Assembly: GCF_011745625.1 (NCBI RefSeq) | Contig: NW_027191456.1 | Span: 496,001-560,000, forward strand | DNA from: Cladosporium halotolerans | Taxonomy: Eukaryota | Length of the DNA stretch: 64,000 nucleotides | Reading direction: 5' to 3' | Shown: positions 24,240 through 36,350 of the stretch, piece by piece | How the letters are laid out: every line of letters begins with the position of its first letter | Position numbering within the stretch: position 1 is the stretch's first letter | Position numbers and translations under genes: made by a program | The notes under the pieces: generated by a model | Seen by the model: the letters and a program-made list of their open reading frames with translations, nothing else | Database searches by the model: none | Told to the model about the DNA's origin: nothing

Positions 24240-25967
24240 ATGTTTTCTCCATCGGTTCTCTGGAGCGCGCCTGTCATCAACCCGATCAACAGAAAGGCTA
24301 GATCGATCCCTATTTTCAACCCTGTCAATCAATATGGCAGAGTGTTTTTTTTCTCCTGGTGGGGATTCTTCATCGCATTCTGGTCATGGTAAGGGTATCG
24401 CAACTCGAAGCCTCAATGTGACATGCTTACAAGCAACAGGTATGCGTTTCCGCCTCTCTTAACGAAGTCCATCAAGCAAGATCTCGACCTCAGTACAACG
24501 GACGTCGCGAACTCCAACATTGCGGCTTTGACTGGAACTCTTCTCGTGCGTTTCGTGGCAGGACCGCTTTGCGACCGATTTGGCCCAAGATGGACATTCA
24601 TCGGCGTGCTTCTAGCTGGTTCTATCCCAACGGCAATGGCCGGTCTGGTGAACAACGTCTCGGGTCTGATCGCATTGCGGTTCTTCGTTGGAATTCTAGG
24701 CGGCACATTCGTGCCGTGTCAGGTCTGGTCGACGGGCTTCTTCGACAAGAACGTTGTTGGAACATCGAACGCTTTGATCGGTGGCTGGGGCAACTCCGGT
24801 GGAGGCATCACTTACTTCTTGATGCCTCTGATATACGATTCGCTGAAGGCCGATCAAGGCCTGACGTCTCACCAAGCGTGGCGTGTGGCCTTCATCGTTC
24901 CATTCATCCTTATCGTCACCACCGCCGTAGGCATGTTCTTCCTCTGCGAAGACACCCCCACCGGCAAGTGGAGTGAGCGCCATCAAGCAACTCAAGCACT
25001 GCTGCACGCACACGTCGATTCGACTCCTAACGCCAGCCCGCCGCCTGAGAAGAACAACACACCAACTCCCGCTGGTAGCGACATGGAGAAGGGCGAGAAG
25101 TCTCCCGAGCGCAAACAGTCGAATGTAGACATCGGGCGGGGCACCATCACCATCATCCCCGACGAGGAGGCCCACTTGTCGAAAGATGAGATGCGGGCTG
25201 TGGCCCAGGGCGAAGTCGTCGTCGCACCGACCGGCAAGGAGATGTTGCACGTCATCTTCTCTCTACAGACTGCTTTCCACTGTGCTGTCTATATCTGCTC
25301 CTTCGGAGGGTAAGTTGATCCAATTCTACTGACAACGCGGGCTGTCCGCTGACCCATCCGAAGTGAACTCGCCATCAACAGCTACATCGCATCCTACTAC
25401 CTCAAGAACTTCCCCTACCTCGGACAGACAGGCGCCGGCAGATGGGCCAGCATGTTCGGTCTCCTCAACGTCGTCACCAGGTAAGCAACCATCCGATATC
25501 AACCCAACGTCACCACGTCCAACTGACCCTCTCTCTCCAGACCCCTCGGCGGCATCGTCAGCGACCTCCTCTACAAGCACGTAACCACCAACCTCTGGCT
25601 CAAGAAAGCCTGGATCGTCTCCGTCGGCATCATCTCCGGCGCCTTCCTGATCGCCATCGGTCTGCTCGACCCGCATAGCGAGTCCACCATGTTCGGCCTC
25701 ATCGCCGGCATGGCGTTCTTCCTCGAGGCCGGCAATGGCGCTTCCTTCGCGCTGGTCCCGCACGTCCACCCGCATGCCAACGGCGTCGTGAGTGGCACGG
25801 TAGGCGCTATGGGAAATTTCGGAGGTGTGATTTTCGCCATTCTGTTCAGGTTCCATGGCACGAATTACGCGGAAAGTTTTTGGATCATGGGCATTATGAT
25901 CATTTGCTTTAATCTGGTTTTGGCGTGGGTGCCGCCGATTCCTAAGGGGCAGGTTGGTGGAAGGTGA
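24240..25967 (+). CDS. crnA: High-affinity nitrate transporter (NRT2/NNP family, CrnA/NrtA-like); three introns
   Basis: [42 protein letters not shown], nitrate signature motifs GGWGNSGGG and [29 protein letters not shown]. Confidence 0.92.
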
Positions 25968-26100
25968 GATTGGGGACAGGCGAGTGTACGGGTGGGAGAC
26001 CCAAGACGCAGCAACGATACCTGGTTTACGAAACAAAAATTCCTTACGCTGAATACACAATATGATGGCCTGCAGACTAATCTCTCATCGTCCGTCTCCA

Positions 26101-27182
26101 TTAACTCTTCTCCCTAACCGGCGAACACCCCTCCAACTCCGCCCTAAACACCCCACCCTCCAACTCCGGCCGTCTCTCTCCTTCCCCAGCCTCATGCACC
26201 ATGCTCTCCGAGCTCAGCTCAGAATGATGCGTCCACGCCGCTTTAGGCCGCACGAGAGTCTCGGCCGAGAGCTCGCTCGCGTGCGACGGCGAGTACGGCG
26301 GGCCTGCGACGGTTCTCTGGGCCTCATTCTGCCGTCTGCGGCGGCGGAAGTAAAAGATGGAGCCGAGGGCGGCGAGTAGGGCGACGGCGGCGATGATGCC
26401 GATTGCGAGGCCGGCTTTGGCGCCGGGGGAGAGGGGGAAGGGGTCGTGGTCTGGGCTGGTGGGGTCGAGGGGGAGGTCGTCGGGGGGTTCTTGAGTTGGA
26501 GAGGAGGAGGGTTGGAGGGTTGGGGAGGCGGTTGCTGTGCTGGATGGGACGGAGCTGGAGATTGTTGTGCTGGAGCTGGTGGAAGGGGCGTCGTTGCCTA
26601 CGGATGGTGGGCCTTGAGTCTCGCCTTTGAGAGCCTGCACAGCGTTCTTGATACTGAGGGCGGTTGTGCCGGTGAGCTCTGGGATGCTGAAGCGGTCTGA
26701 GTAGTTTATCACTACGCCGCCTGATTGTTTTGTTGAGGTCATGCGGAAGAAGCTATGAAATGTAAGCTGGCTGACTTGTAAAAGACGGTGTAAGGGCCGT
26801 GGAAGACGTACAAGCCATTCTCGACGGCGGCAGCGATCCCTGAGCCAATGGATCCTTCTGCTGCATTGCCGGTTGAGAAAACGCCTTGAGATGCGAATGT
26901 CGAGAGAGGTTGCTGCATCGAAGGTCAGTCCCTAGCTGGGATGGATAGATTCGTCAAGAACATTACCATATCATCATCGTGATCCCCGCCCACCATCAAC
27001 ACCAGAGTGTATCCTGTGAGCTCTGATATGGAAGGCTTGATGCCTGAGTCCTTCCAGCGCACGTCGATGAGTCCCGCCGACAGGTTTGCGCCAGCTGCAG
27101 GCACAACGAACTCGACATCCGCGCAGCCGAAAGACGCGGACGCAAGGAGAAGCACAGAGGCCTCACGCCATTTTGACAGCAT
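26101..27182 (-). CDS. Type I membrane protein: signal peptide, Kre9/Knh1-like N-terminal domain, Ser/Thr/Pro stalk, TM helix and cytoplasmic tail; two introns
   Basis: DVEFVVPAAG..VRWKDSG.KPSISELTGYTL..GGVVINYSDRFSI resembles the N-terminus of fungal Kre9. LSPGAKAGLAIGIIAAVALLAALGSIFYFRRRRR is a Mid2-like TM. The tail has repeated S/AEL(S/E) motifs. Confidence 0.72.
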
Positions 27183-28462
27183 CGTGATCAACGAGCAAAC
27201 GTGACGCAGACTCAAGGTACAATGGTGCCAGCGATGTCTCCTCTCGCCATAAAGACGTCGGTATTGACGTCTTAGGGCAGTAGGAGTGCACCCCTCCAGA
27301 AATCGAGGTCTCTAGTGCTGCCTGAGAGTCCCCCTCGCGCCAGCATCACGTCCCAGGAACAGGCTAGTGACTTTCGGCCTTGCCCGTGAATACGTGAATT
27401 GACTCTGCTGGCTCGATCCTTCGCGAGCCTGGCGAAGCTTGGTACGGCGTTTTTCGCGTGGCCGCGTCACCCCATGACAGAACGCATTTCAAAGAACACA
27501 AATGCACCCAGCAATTCTCGATGCTTGAGCACTTTCCAAATCATCTATATGTTCTGTCAAAATGAACAAACTAGTAAGCCGTAGTCTGTATTGTCTCCAT
27601 CGCCTGTAAATGAAGGATTTTGAAGATGCTCGCCGTCGCGCAGAACGCGACTTCGTGCCGGAACCCGATTCGGACGGAACGTGAACCCGACTGCGCCACC
27701 AAACAGAGAACGGGGCTCCGCTCTTCGCGATTTCACTCCGTGGCATCTCATCGAATCATTCCCTCCCGCGATCCCAGGCTAAGTGATAGTTTGTCCGCGG
27801 TAAGAGCCTTCCGTCCCTCGTGTTTCACGGAACGAGCTCCTTGGAGCATGGCGTAGCCACGACTGCCAGGTACGCGAACTCTCTTTCTCCTGTGCAGTGT
27901 TTATCCGCGCATTGAATTACGACCGATTTTGGTCTGCCACTACAACAAAAGATAATGCCTGCTAGTGATTCACGATGTTGTGATGGCCTGATGAGCATCA
28001 GAGCCTGCAATCCACAATGAATTGCTGAGAACTGTGCTGTATCATGTACATCTTACCGTCCGAACATACAAGGCACACTTGAAAGCCATGTGTATAGCTT
28101 ATAGCTCCTGTCGATAAACACCGAGTATAAAACACCGAGTATACTGGAGTACGCCACGAGAACTGTGACTGTCTCCTGGATCGTTAAGTCGGGACTTTTC
28201 TTTGTTCTTGTTGGACAATACCAACCTCCAACGACCCTTTGGAACCCTCCGCAACAATATGAACAGACTTGCTCTTTGTAAACAAGGACACCGCCTTGAT
28301 ACTGCAAGCCGTCTTCAACGATTGGTAGCATCTGATCGAAATAATGCCGCATTGCCAGCCTAGACCTACCTGCTCTTAGGAAGCTTCCCAATCTGCGATT
28401 CTCCTCAGCCCACCTCATCGGACCACAATTGCGCCCTTGCACCGTTTCAGACACCCGCAATC

Positions 28463-28975
28463 ATGAAGTCCTTACTCACCCTCTTCACAGCCCTGCTGGC
28501 CTGCCTATGCCTCGTGCCGCACGCCGCCGCCAGGCGCAAGCCCAACAAGAACGACCGCGTCGACTGCCTGAAGAAGAACCGCGATGTTGGCCTCGCCATC
28601 GGCATCATGTGCACCAAGTATCCGGACTTGGTAGGAATCCCCGCCCAAGCTGAGCTCTAGAACAGCAGGCAGGACTAACGTTGTTTGCACAGGTCGTGCC
28701 GTCCGGCGAGGCGAGGGAGGGCGTGTGGTCGCCGAACGGGAAGTCGAGCGTTTGGATTAGGGGTGAGTTTGTTTTACCCGCGGTGAATGGGTATCTGAAT
28801 GGAGTGCTGATATCTGTGTGGCTATTTAGGCGACTGCAAGCCCAAGCAGTGGGTGCCGAGGGAGTACTGCTACAAGCAGTTCTTCAACATGTGCGTCAAC
28901 ATGGACAAGAGCGGCAAGGCGAGCAGGAGTTACGGCCGCAAGAATTGCCAGGACTGGCATGTTAAGAATTTCTGA
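28463..28975 (+). CDS. Small secreted, basic, cysteine-rich protein (candidate effector); two introns
   Basis: Spliced product MKSLLTLFTALLACLCLVPHAAA-RRKPNKNDRVDC..IMC..DL|VVPSG..WIRG|DCKPKQWVPREYCYKQFFNMC..YGRKNCQDWHVKNF*, with six Cys after the signal peptide. Confidence 0.78.
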
Positions 28976-29752
28976 GCGGATTGTTCGGTCGCTGGATGGG
29001 TGATGATTCTGTTGGCTGGAGGTAGCTAATGAATCGTTGATGATTGACAGTTGTTCTGTGATATCGTTCTCCCGTCTCCCTTGTTGGTGCTCTCGCACAT
29101 CACTGCTCGTGGTCACGGAGTGATTGGTACTGTGCCGGGTAATAAGACGACATCAGGCTGGGCAAATACTTCTCTATCGATCCTCAGGCTCCCGTCCCAC
29201 CCCTGCCTCACATGGGTTAGGCCGAACTCATGCAGGATCCATGACGCTAGCAGGGGCTGAAATCCGGGTTTTCGTCCCAGTGACCAGATCTGAACAGGTG
29301 CGCCAGTAGTATGCATATCGCTGTGGATGCAACCGCTATCTAGCGGCGACGCCGTAGATCTAGACCCCGGCGGCAGAGGCAATCTCATTACACAGGCAAG
29401 ACAGTGCAGCTCTCGAAAGCATTATGCCCCGCAGTGCGTACATGGACGGCGGTGAGGAATGGGAGAACGGTATGCGGCTGACTTGAATGCCAGCTGAACT
29501 CATGCAGCGCTAACGTGAGTTGCAGTAAGCCGGGCGATATCACGTCCGGATATGGATGTCTCATACAGAACGACCGGACCAAATCTGCGGCGCACGGCGG
29601 GCACGAATAGCTCGAAAAGCTGGTCCGATGTCGTGGCTGCATGTAGGGCTCAGCTGCACATGGCGTCTCCGGTAGCCTGTACTATGACTCCGAGAAGATG
29701 TCCTCTCTCAAGACGTGTTTTGCTCCAGGCCCAACCTTTGAGCTGTTGAAGA

Positions 29753-31049
29753 ATGCCCCTGCACCAGTACAATGAGCGAAAGGCACCTGGCCTATGGATC
29801 GTCGGCCTGGGGACGCAGTTCCCTGAAAACCTTCTCCGCCCGGAAGAACTAGAGTTGTTTGCCAGGAAGCACTACGATGCCAAAAGCGGAGGGTATGTCG
29901 TTCTCAATTATCCGGCGTGAGGGCTACCACTTACCACGGCTATGTAGTTTGCGAAAACTCCTCGCGATCAACCGCAAGACAGGCATCGAAACCCGCAGCT
30001 CAGTCCTAGACCTCAAGACAGGCTTCGCCGCGCCATCTGAGCCTCCTACAATCTCAGACATCGACAGCCACTTCCGCGATGTGGGCGTCAAACTGGCAGT
30101 TCAAGCATGCGAAAAAGCTCTACGTGAAGCCGGACTCAGCCCAGAAGATATCACGCACACGGTCGCCGTAACGTGCACGAACCAAGGCAACCCAGGCTAC
30201 GACTTCTTGGTGAATGAGCGACTGGGCCTATCGCCGAATGTGGACCGCACGCTCCTTCATGGCGTGGGATGTGCCGGAGGTCTAGCGACAATGCGGGCGG
30301 CCGCGCAGATGGCTCTTGCTGGGACTGCGCGCAGACGACCCGTCAGAGTGCTGGCTTTCGCTTGCGAGTTGTGCACGCTGAACGTGCGGAATGAGCTTGC
30401 GGCGGCGGAAGCGAGTTTGCCGGAGGATGTTTGTGTTGCCGCTGCGCTTTTCTCGGACGCTGCTGCGGCGTTCGTGTTGACGAATGACCTTGGGAGAGGA
30501 GCTGCGGAAGCAGTGTATGAAGTGTGCGCTTTCGATAATGCCGTGCTGCCGGGGACGAAGCATCATATGAGTTATTTGATTGATCCTTTTGGTGAGTTGC
30601 TATGCTTGTTTAATCTTAGCCGTAGAATCATCTAATGATATCGGGCAGGATTTCGCACTGTCTTGTCAAAAGCAGTACCGATATTGACTACACAAACCGT
30701 TGTAAGCATGTTCGATCGATTAGTTACCGAATACGCGGCATACACTGGAAAGATGCTCCTTGTACCAGACAACTTCGACTGGGCACTGCATCCAGGCGGA
30801 GATGCCATCATAAAAGGCGTGCAGGATCTTATGTCGTTGACTGATGAGCAGCTCGGGGCTTCCAAGAAGATCTACCGTACGCGAGGTAACGCTTCAAGTG
30901 CGGCAGTGTTAATAGTCCTTGATGAACTGCGAGGCATGGGGAAGGGGAAAGACGACGTCGTTGCAATGTCATTTGGGCCGGGTCTCTCGATAGAGATGGC
31001 GATGTTAAGGCGATGTCGGGCAAAACCGTTGGTCGATGAGATTATCTAA
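29753..31049 (+). CDS. Type III polyketide synthase (chalcone-synthase-like); introns 29893-29947 and ~30592-30648
   Basis: Cys-His-Asn triad in GVGCAGG, WALHPGG and RGNASSA, plus INRKTGIETR, VTCT..GNPG, ALFSD and FGPGLSIE. Confidence 0.92.
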
Positions 31050-31988
31050 GGCTAGAATCTTATCTTCCTGGATTGTCATCATGATTGAGCTTCGCTGCTG
31101 CTGTTGCCCATAGACGACTCGGAACAGGAATGTCCATTTCAAGCCATGATGAGATGAGAAATAGCTCGTTCCGTACTGTTTGACGATTGGGATGAAGAGC
31201 ACGTCGCAATGGACAACGCCCAGAGTATCAGATCTCTGATCAGCTAAGATAGCCTAATCGGATGCTTGGTTGTTTTTTCTGGCCCTGGTGAAGAATAGCC
31301 CAAGATCGCACGGCTATTAGGCCTTCCATTGCATTGATGCGTTCTCCGTCAAGTCGTCGCCGGTGCAAGAAGTCGACATAATTGTGCCTCTGGATATCAC
31401 CCGCGGGCTCGATGCCTTAGCGCCTCAACGCGGACTGTCTGGCGTGTTCATGAGGGGCGGTGCCGGTGCAAGCCGCGGATGTATGTCCGCGCGATGCCAG
31501 CAAAGTGTGGTTAAGACCATCTTAGGTATGTGGTTCTGGCCAAATTCCTTCGAAGACCCGAGGCTGACGACGTCATGCGCAATCGCACCGATGCGGCCGC
31601 GCCGATCAGCACGTGCGCGGCCGATGCTTGTTCGTTTCAGCGTGCGCGAGCGTCGAGGCTGTCACGGCTGTCTCGTGGCGGAGTGGACTGCGTCGCTTTG
31701 CCCGATTGCTGGTTCGTCGAGCGTGTCGTGAGGGCTACATCAGCCTTCTGCTCAGCCACGCATCTCGCCCGAACCCACCCTTCTTCATCGCCACCCCACC
31801 TACCCGTCCCCGTGGCCGCACCCGCCAACTCTTGGCCTCGAACGGGCGCGCATTCGTCCGCCAGCCCTACAGTGGACAGTGGTGACATTGCTCTTGGCCG
31901 CAATCCTACAGTAGTCGTTCTGTCGCAGCGTCCAATGTGAGCCTCGTCTTTTTCCACCACCTCCTTCACGGCTCACTCTCTGATAAGT

Positions 31989-33817
31989 ATGTCAGAAACG
32001 CCGAAACAGCCGACCCAGCTGTCGGCTTTCGACAACGACAGCAGCGACCAGATCCCGGAAGCTTACACCAGCGCTACCCGGGCAGAGTCCATTCGTCATC
32101 CTGTGCAGCGAGGACCCTCCCGAGTACGATCAGAGGACGACGAGCCTGGAGACAGCGAGGCGAACCTGCAAGTCCCTACAAACCACGAGCGAACCGACAA
32201 GAGTCCCACGCCTTCAAGACCTCATCCTTTGCGACATCCGTTACAACGAACGAAAACGAAGATCCTAGACCACGAGCAGAAGAAATACACCGACGCTGAG
32301 ACCTTGGAAGTCCTCAACACCCAGCCTCCCGAGACTCGACACTCGACCATATACAAGAACAAAACGGCGCGGCCTCGATGGGTCTTGCACGTCCAGGCGC
32401 AATTCTGGCGCGTGTTAATGGGCCTGGGCATGTTCTTCCACAGACTGGCGCCGCCTCGGCCGCCGAAGTACAACTTTGTGCGCACGATCCCGTCGACGAT
32501 CAGCGGCAAGCCTGGAAACATCGATTTATATTTTTATGTACCCATGGGATACGGCACGCAGAAGCAGCTTTGGAAGGACAGGCCCGCTTCGGATGATGAA
32601 GAGCGGGAGAGCGTTGATAAAGGCAAGCAAAGAAGTTCGAGCATCGGCTCGTTGGGTCACAACCTGCGCCGGCGCGGAAGTAGTGCTAAGCGTTGGGGCG
32701 GATATCCAGTCGTTCTGAACTTCCATGGCGGAGGTTTCACGCTGGGCTCCCCGATGGACGACGCGAGGTGGTGCAGCACGGTCGTCGACGAGTGTAACGC
32801 GGTCGTGATATCCGTCGACTACCGCCTCGCCCCGGAATGCCCGTTCCCGACCGCTGTAGAGGACGGTGTAGACGCCGTCATCTGGGTCCATCAAAACGCC
32901 GACGAACTCGGCATCGATCCCAACAAGATCGCACTGTCTGGCTTCAGCTCTGGCGCCAATATGGCCTGCACCGTCCCCTTGCGCCTCTGGGACGAAATGA
33001 TGGGTTTTCCTCGCGAAGACGACACTGTCCGCCCGAACCAGGTCCCTAACCCGGTCAGCAAGTCCGACAACCCCTACGACTCGTCCCCCGAAACGTCTAC
33101 CAGCAAACTGCCGCAGAACGACGGAAGCCGCGTGCAACTCCTCGACCCTGCGCAGCCTCTACCGCCCCTGCAGCGCGGCCCGGCCACGAAACACAACATG
33201 GAAGTGCGCGAGACCGTGCTCAAGCAAGTCTCCGACATCTCCCTGCGCGCCATCGTCCCCTGGTACCCTTCGCTGGACTACACACGCTCGCGCGAGCAGC
33301 GCCGCGCGACCTGCTCGCGGAAAGACCAGGAGCTGCCGGCACTGTTCACCGACCTCTTCGACGAATCGTACGTGCCAACCCTCCCACAAAAAAAAAATAA
33401 CTTAAACTGACTTTCACTCCCAGCTACCTCCACCCACCCCACTCCATCTCCCTCGACTCCCCCTACCTCTCCCCCGGCGTCGCGCCCACCGCCCTGCTCA
33501 AAAACGGCCTTCCGCACGAAATCATCCTGCACACCTGCGAGTGGGACATGCTGCTCGACGAGGGCCAGGCCTTCCGCGACCGTCTCACGTCGCCCGAGAT
33601 CGACAAGGCCGTCACCTACACCATGATCGAGGGCGTGCCGCACGGCTGGGACAAGGCGCCGAACCCCTGGAAGCCGACGCCCGGCGTGCGCGAGCACTAT
33701 CTGAAGGCGTGCAAGGAATTAAGGAGGGTGTTTGGTGAGAAGGGGGTTAAGGAGAGGGGTGTTGGGGAAGGGGCGGTGAGTGCGGCGCCGAGGGGGAGTG
33801 TGCAGGTTGTCAATTGA
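31989..33817 (+). CDS. Alpha/beta hydrolase of the hormone-sensitive-lipase (Abhydrolase_3) family; one intron near 33370-33423
   Basis: NFHGGGF oxyanion motif, VDYRLAPE.PFP.AVED, nucleophile GFSSG, CEWDML acid residue, PHGWD His. Confidence 0.88.
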
Positions 33818-34129
33818 GGGTGGTTTCTCCTTTCGTAATGGGTTCGTGGTGTGTAGCGTTCTAGCGAGCAGCGAGCATATATTCTCTGGGATTTGCAGAC
33901 GGCGTAGGGTATTCATCGTTATTTCTTCGCAGCTTTTCTTCAGGTCACTACGAAGTGTCTCCCTACAGCGTCAAACAGGGTATATGAGCCATCGTCTTCT
34001 TTCTCAGCTGCCGCGCAGCCATCATCTCGTCACCACCAGCCGCCCAGTAGCTTATCCCTTCGTACCCCAGTCCAGCAAAGGGCACGATGCCCTGGCATAG
34101 CACCACAACCATCCACTCCAATACATTGA

Positions 34130-35519
34130 CTACCTCTCCGCTCCCGCCTGAACACCCTCCCCATCCTCCCGATAAACATGCGTAAACACCCCCCTCGAAT
34201 TCTCCTCGTCGACCAAATAATGCAGATCGTCCTTCTCCGGCCCCAGCGTGCTCATCAGCCCCTGCCCCGGCCGTGGGTAGTGCGCCGGGTGCTCATCCGA
34301 GGGATATTCGCCGTCGTCGTCCGAGTCGTTCATGTCGCGGAGAATGGGCTGCGGGTGCGAGTGGCCATTTGCGGTCGGGGGTTTGGCTGGCGTGTTCGTT
34401 GGATTTGTAGTGGGGTTGGGGCGGAAAGAGGGGTCGAAGAGGGGGAGCGAGGGGTAAAGGGTTGTGGCCTTCGTGAGGAGGGTTACGAGGAGGCCTGGGG
34501 GGAGGGTGGAGAAGTATTTTTGTCGCTGCAGGAAGGTGGTCAGTTTATTTCTTGGGCTTTCAGGGTTGGCAAGGGGAGTTTACCTCTTCTGCCGAAGCGC
34601 CTTCGGCTGAGACGAAGTTCGTGATGTGAGGTTCGGGAACGGGCTGGATCATCGCCCTCGTGCACTGCTTGCAATACCATTCTTTGTCTAGCTCGTCGAT
34701 CACGCTCTGGTCGATCGGCGGCTGGTGGCAGTAGCGGTGGTACGGCACGTTGCAGCCGTCGCAGAAGACGATCATGTTGCTCGCGGGGCTCACGCCTCGC
34801 AGGCAGATCTTGCACACCGCGCTCTCTGGGTTTCGTCGGTAGGTGCGTTTCTTCTTGTAGGTCGGCACGGAGGGCGGCGAGGGCTGGGGAGGCGGCACGA
34901 ACGAGGTCGGCTTCTGCACGTTGCGGCCGGATTTGGTCGTCGTCGGCGCGTAGATCTCGCTGTCGGATGACAGGCCGTCGTCATCGTCGTCGTCGGCGCG
35001 TTTGCGTTTGCCGCCGCGGCTGCCTCGTGTGCTGGCTCTCGTGGGACCGCGAGCTCGGCTGCCTCGGGGTCGACCGGGTGGACGGCCTCGTGGTGCTGAT
35101 GAGGGCGTGGCGTCTGTTGCGGTGGCGGGCGTGTCCTCGCCGATTATGGGGAAGCTCACACGTTTGCTGCTGCGGCTCCCGCGTCCGGACTCTGGACCTC
35201 CATTCGCGGGAGTCGCTGTTGGTTGTTGCGGAGTCTGCATTTGGGGTTGACTTGGCTCGGGTTGGGATGTCAATGGTGCGCTCTCTGGAGCTGTAGTGGG
35301 AGTTGCCGAGTCGGGCAAGGGGGACAGCTCAGAGTGTTTGGGTTCATCTTTGTCTTGTTGCTTGCTCGGCTCGGGTATATTTGACGGTGGCGGTATTGAT
35401 GGAGTATTGTGTTGTACATCATCGTGCGCGGTCTCCAGCGGGGTGGCAGTGGCAGGCGCTGTTTGATCGGCTGTCGTAGCAGGTGCAGCTGCAGCTGACG
35501 GCGCCTCTTGTTCCTCCAT
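34130..35519 (-). CDS. PHD-finger chromatin protein with an AT-hook-like motif (Phf1/Phf2-like); one intron near 34530-34582
   Basis: CKIC..NMIVFCDGC..YHRYCH.PPI..WYCKQC (C4HC3), RGRPPGRPR, TKSGRNVQKP. Last exon ends LVDEENSRGVFTHVY. Confidence 0.82.
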
Positions 35520-35795
35520 CTTCGTTTACTTTTTGCTCGGTCTTTGCTATCACCAAGTGCAGTGTTAGGTCAAGAACATCGGCAAACTCGACCTGTCGTC
35601 GATCGTCATTGGTCTGGGGAAACCACCAACCGTTCACGGCGCGCTTCCGTACCAACACACAGCTCAGCGCGCAACCAAAGCGCATCGCATGTGAGAGGCG
35701 CGCTTGCATACCAATATCAGGAACCTCGAAACAGCCGACACCGGCTTATTACTCAAACGCATCAACAGCGCCTCCAGGCCCACACAACAGCTACC

Positions 35796-36350
35796 ATGGC
35801 GCCCATCACCACCGCCTCCAACGATGAAACCCACGCGGCCCTCCTCGACTCCCTCGACATGCACAAGATCCACAAACCCTTCCGCAACCCAGCATGGAAG
35901 CCACCGCAGCGCCGCAACAAAAACCTCAAACAGATCCTCTCCGAAGCGCAGCGCGCGCAGCAGAGTCTCATGAACACGCAGCAGAACTCCGGCGCAACGA
36001 CACCTCAACCCTCGTCGACCAACGGCAGTTCGACGCCCTCCCTCAACCCCAACCCGGCGCAAGCGAGCCAGGATCTCAGCCGGCTGGTCGTTGAGAAGAA
36101 CGCGAAGCAGGTCAATGGGGCCGTCGGAATGGTCGTGCCCAGCGTCACGTACACGAGCATCGCCGCGGCGCCGAGCTTGAAGCCGAAGAAGAAGTACTGC
36201 GACATCACGGGGCTGCCGGCGAAGTACAAGGATCCTAAGACGGGACTGTTTTACTACAATGCGGAGGTGTATGCCGTGATCAAGAGCTTGACTACGGGAC
36301 AGGTGCAAGAGTATCTCGCGGCGAGAGGAGCCAACACCGTGCTGAAGTGA
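35796..36350 (+). CDS. IES6: INO80 chromatin-remodelling complex subunit Ies6 (YL1-C domain)
   Basis: KPFRNPAWK..RRNKNLKQIL and TYTSIAAAPSL..KKYCDITGLPAKYKDPKTGL.Y..YLAARGANTVLK. Confidence 0.93.
   Translation: MAPITTASNDETHAALLDSLDMHKIHKPFRNPAWKPPQRRNKNLKQILSEAQRAQQSLMNTQQNSGATTPQPSSTNGSSTPSLNPNPAQASQDLSRLVVEKNAKQVNGAVGMVVPSVTYTSIAAAPSLKPKKKYCDITGLPAKYKDPKTGLFYYNAEVYAVIKSLTTGQVQEYLAARGANTVLK

Noticed and set aside
33388..33397. Poly(A) run as a retroelement tail
   Set aside because: It lies inside a short intron, with no target-site duplication or element body.
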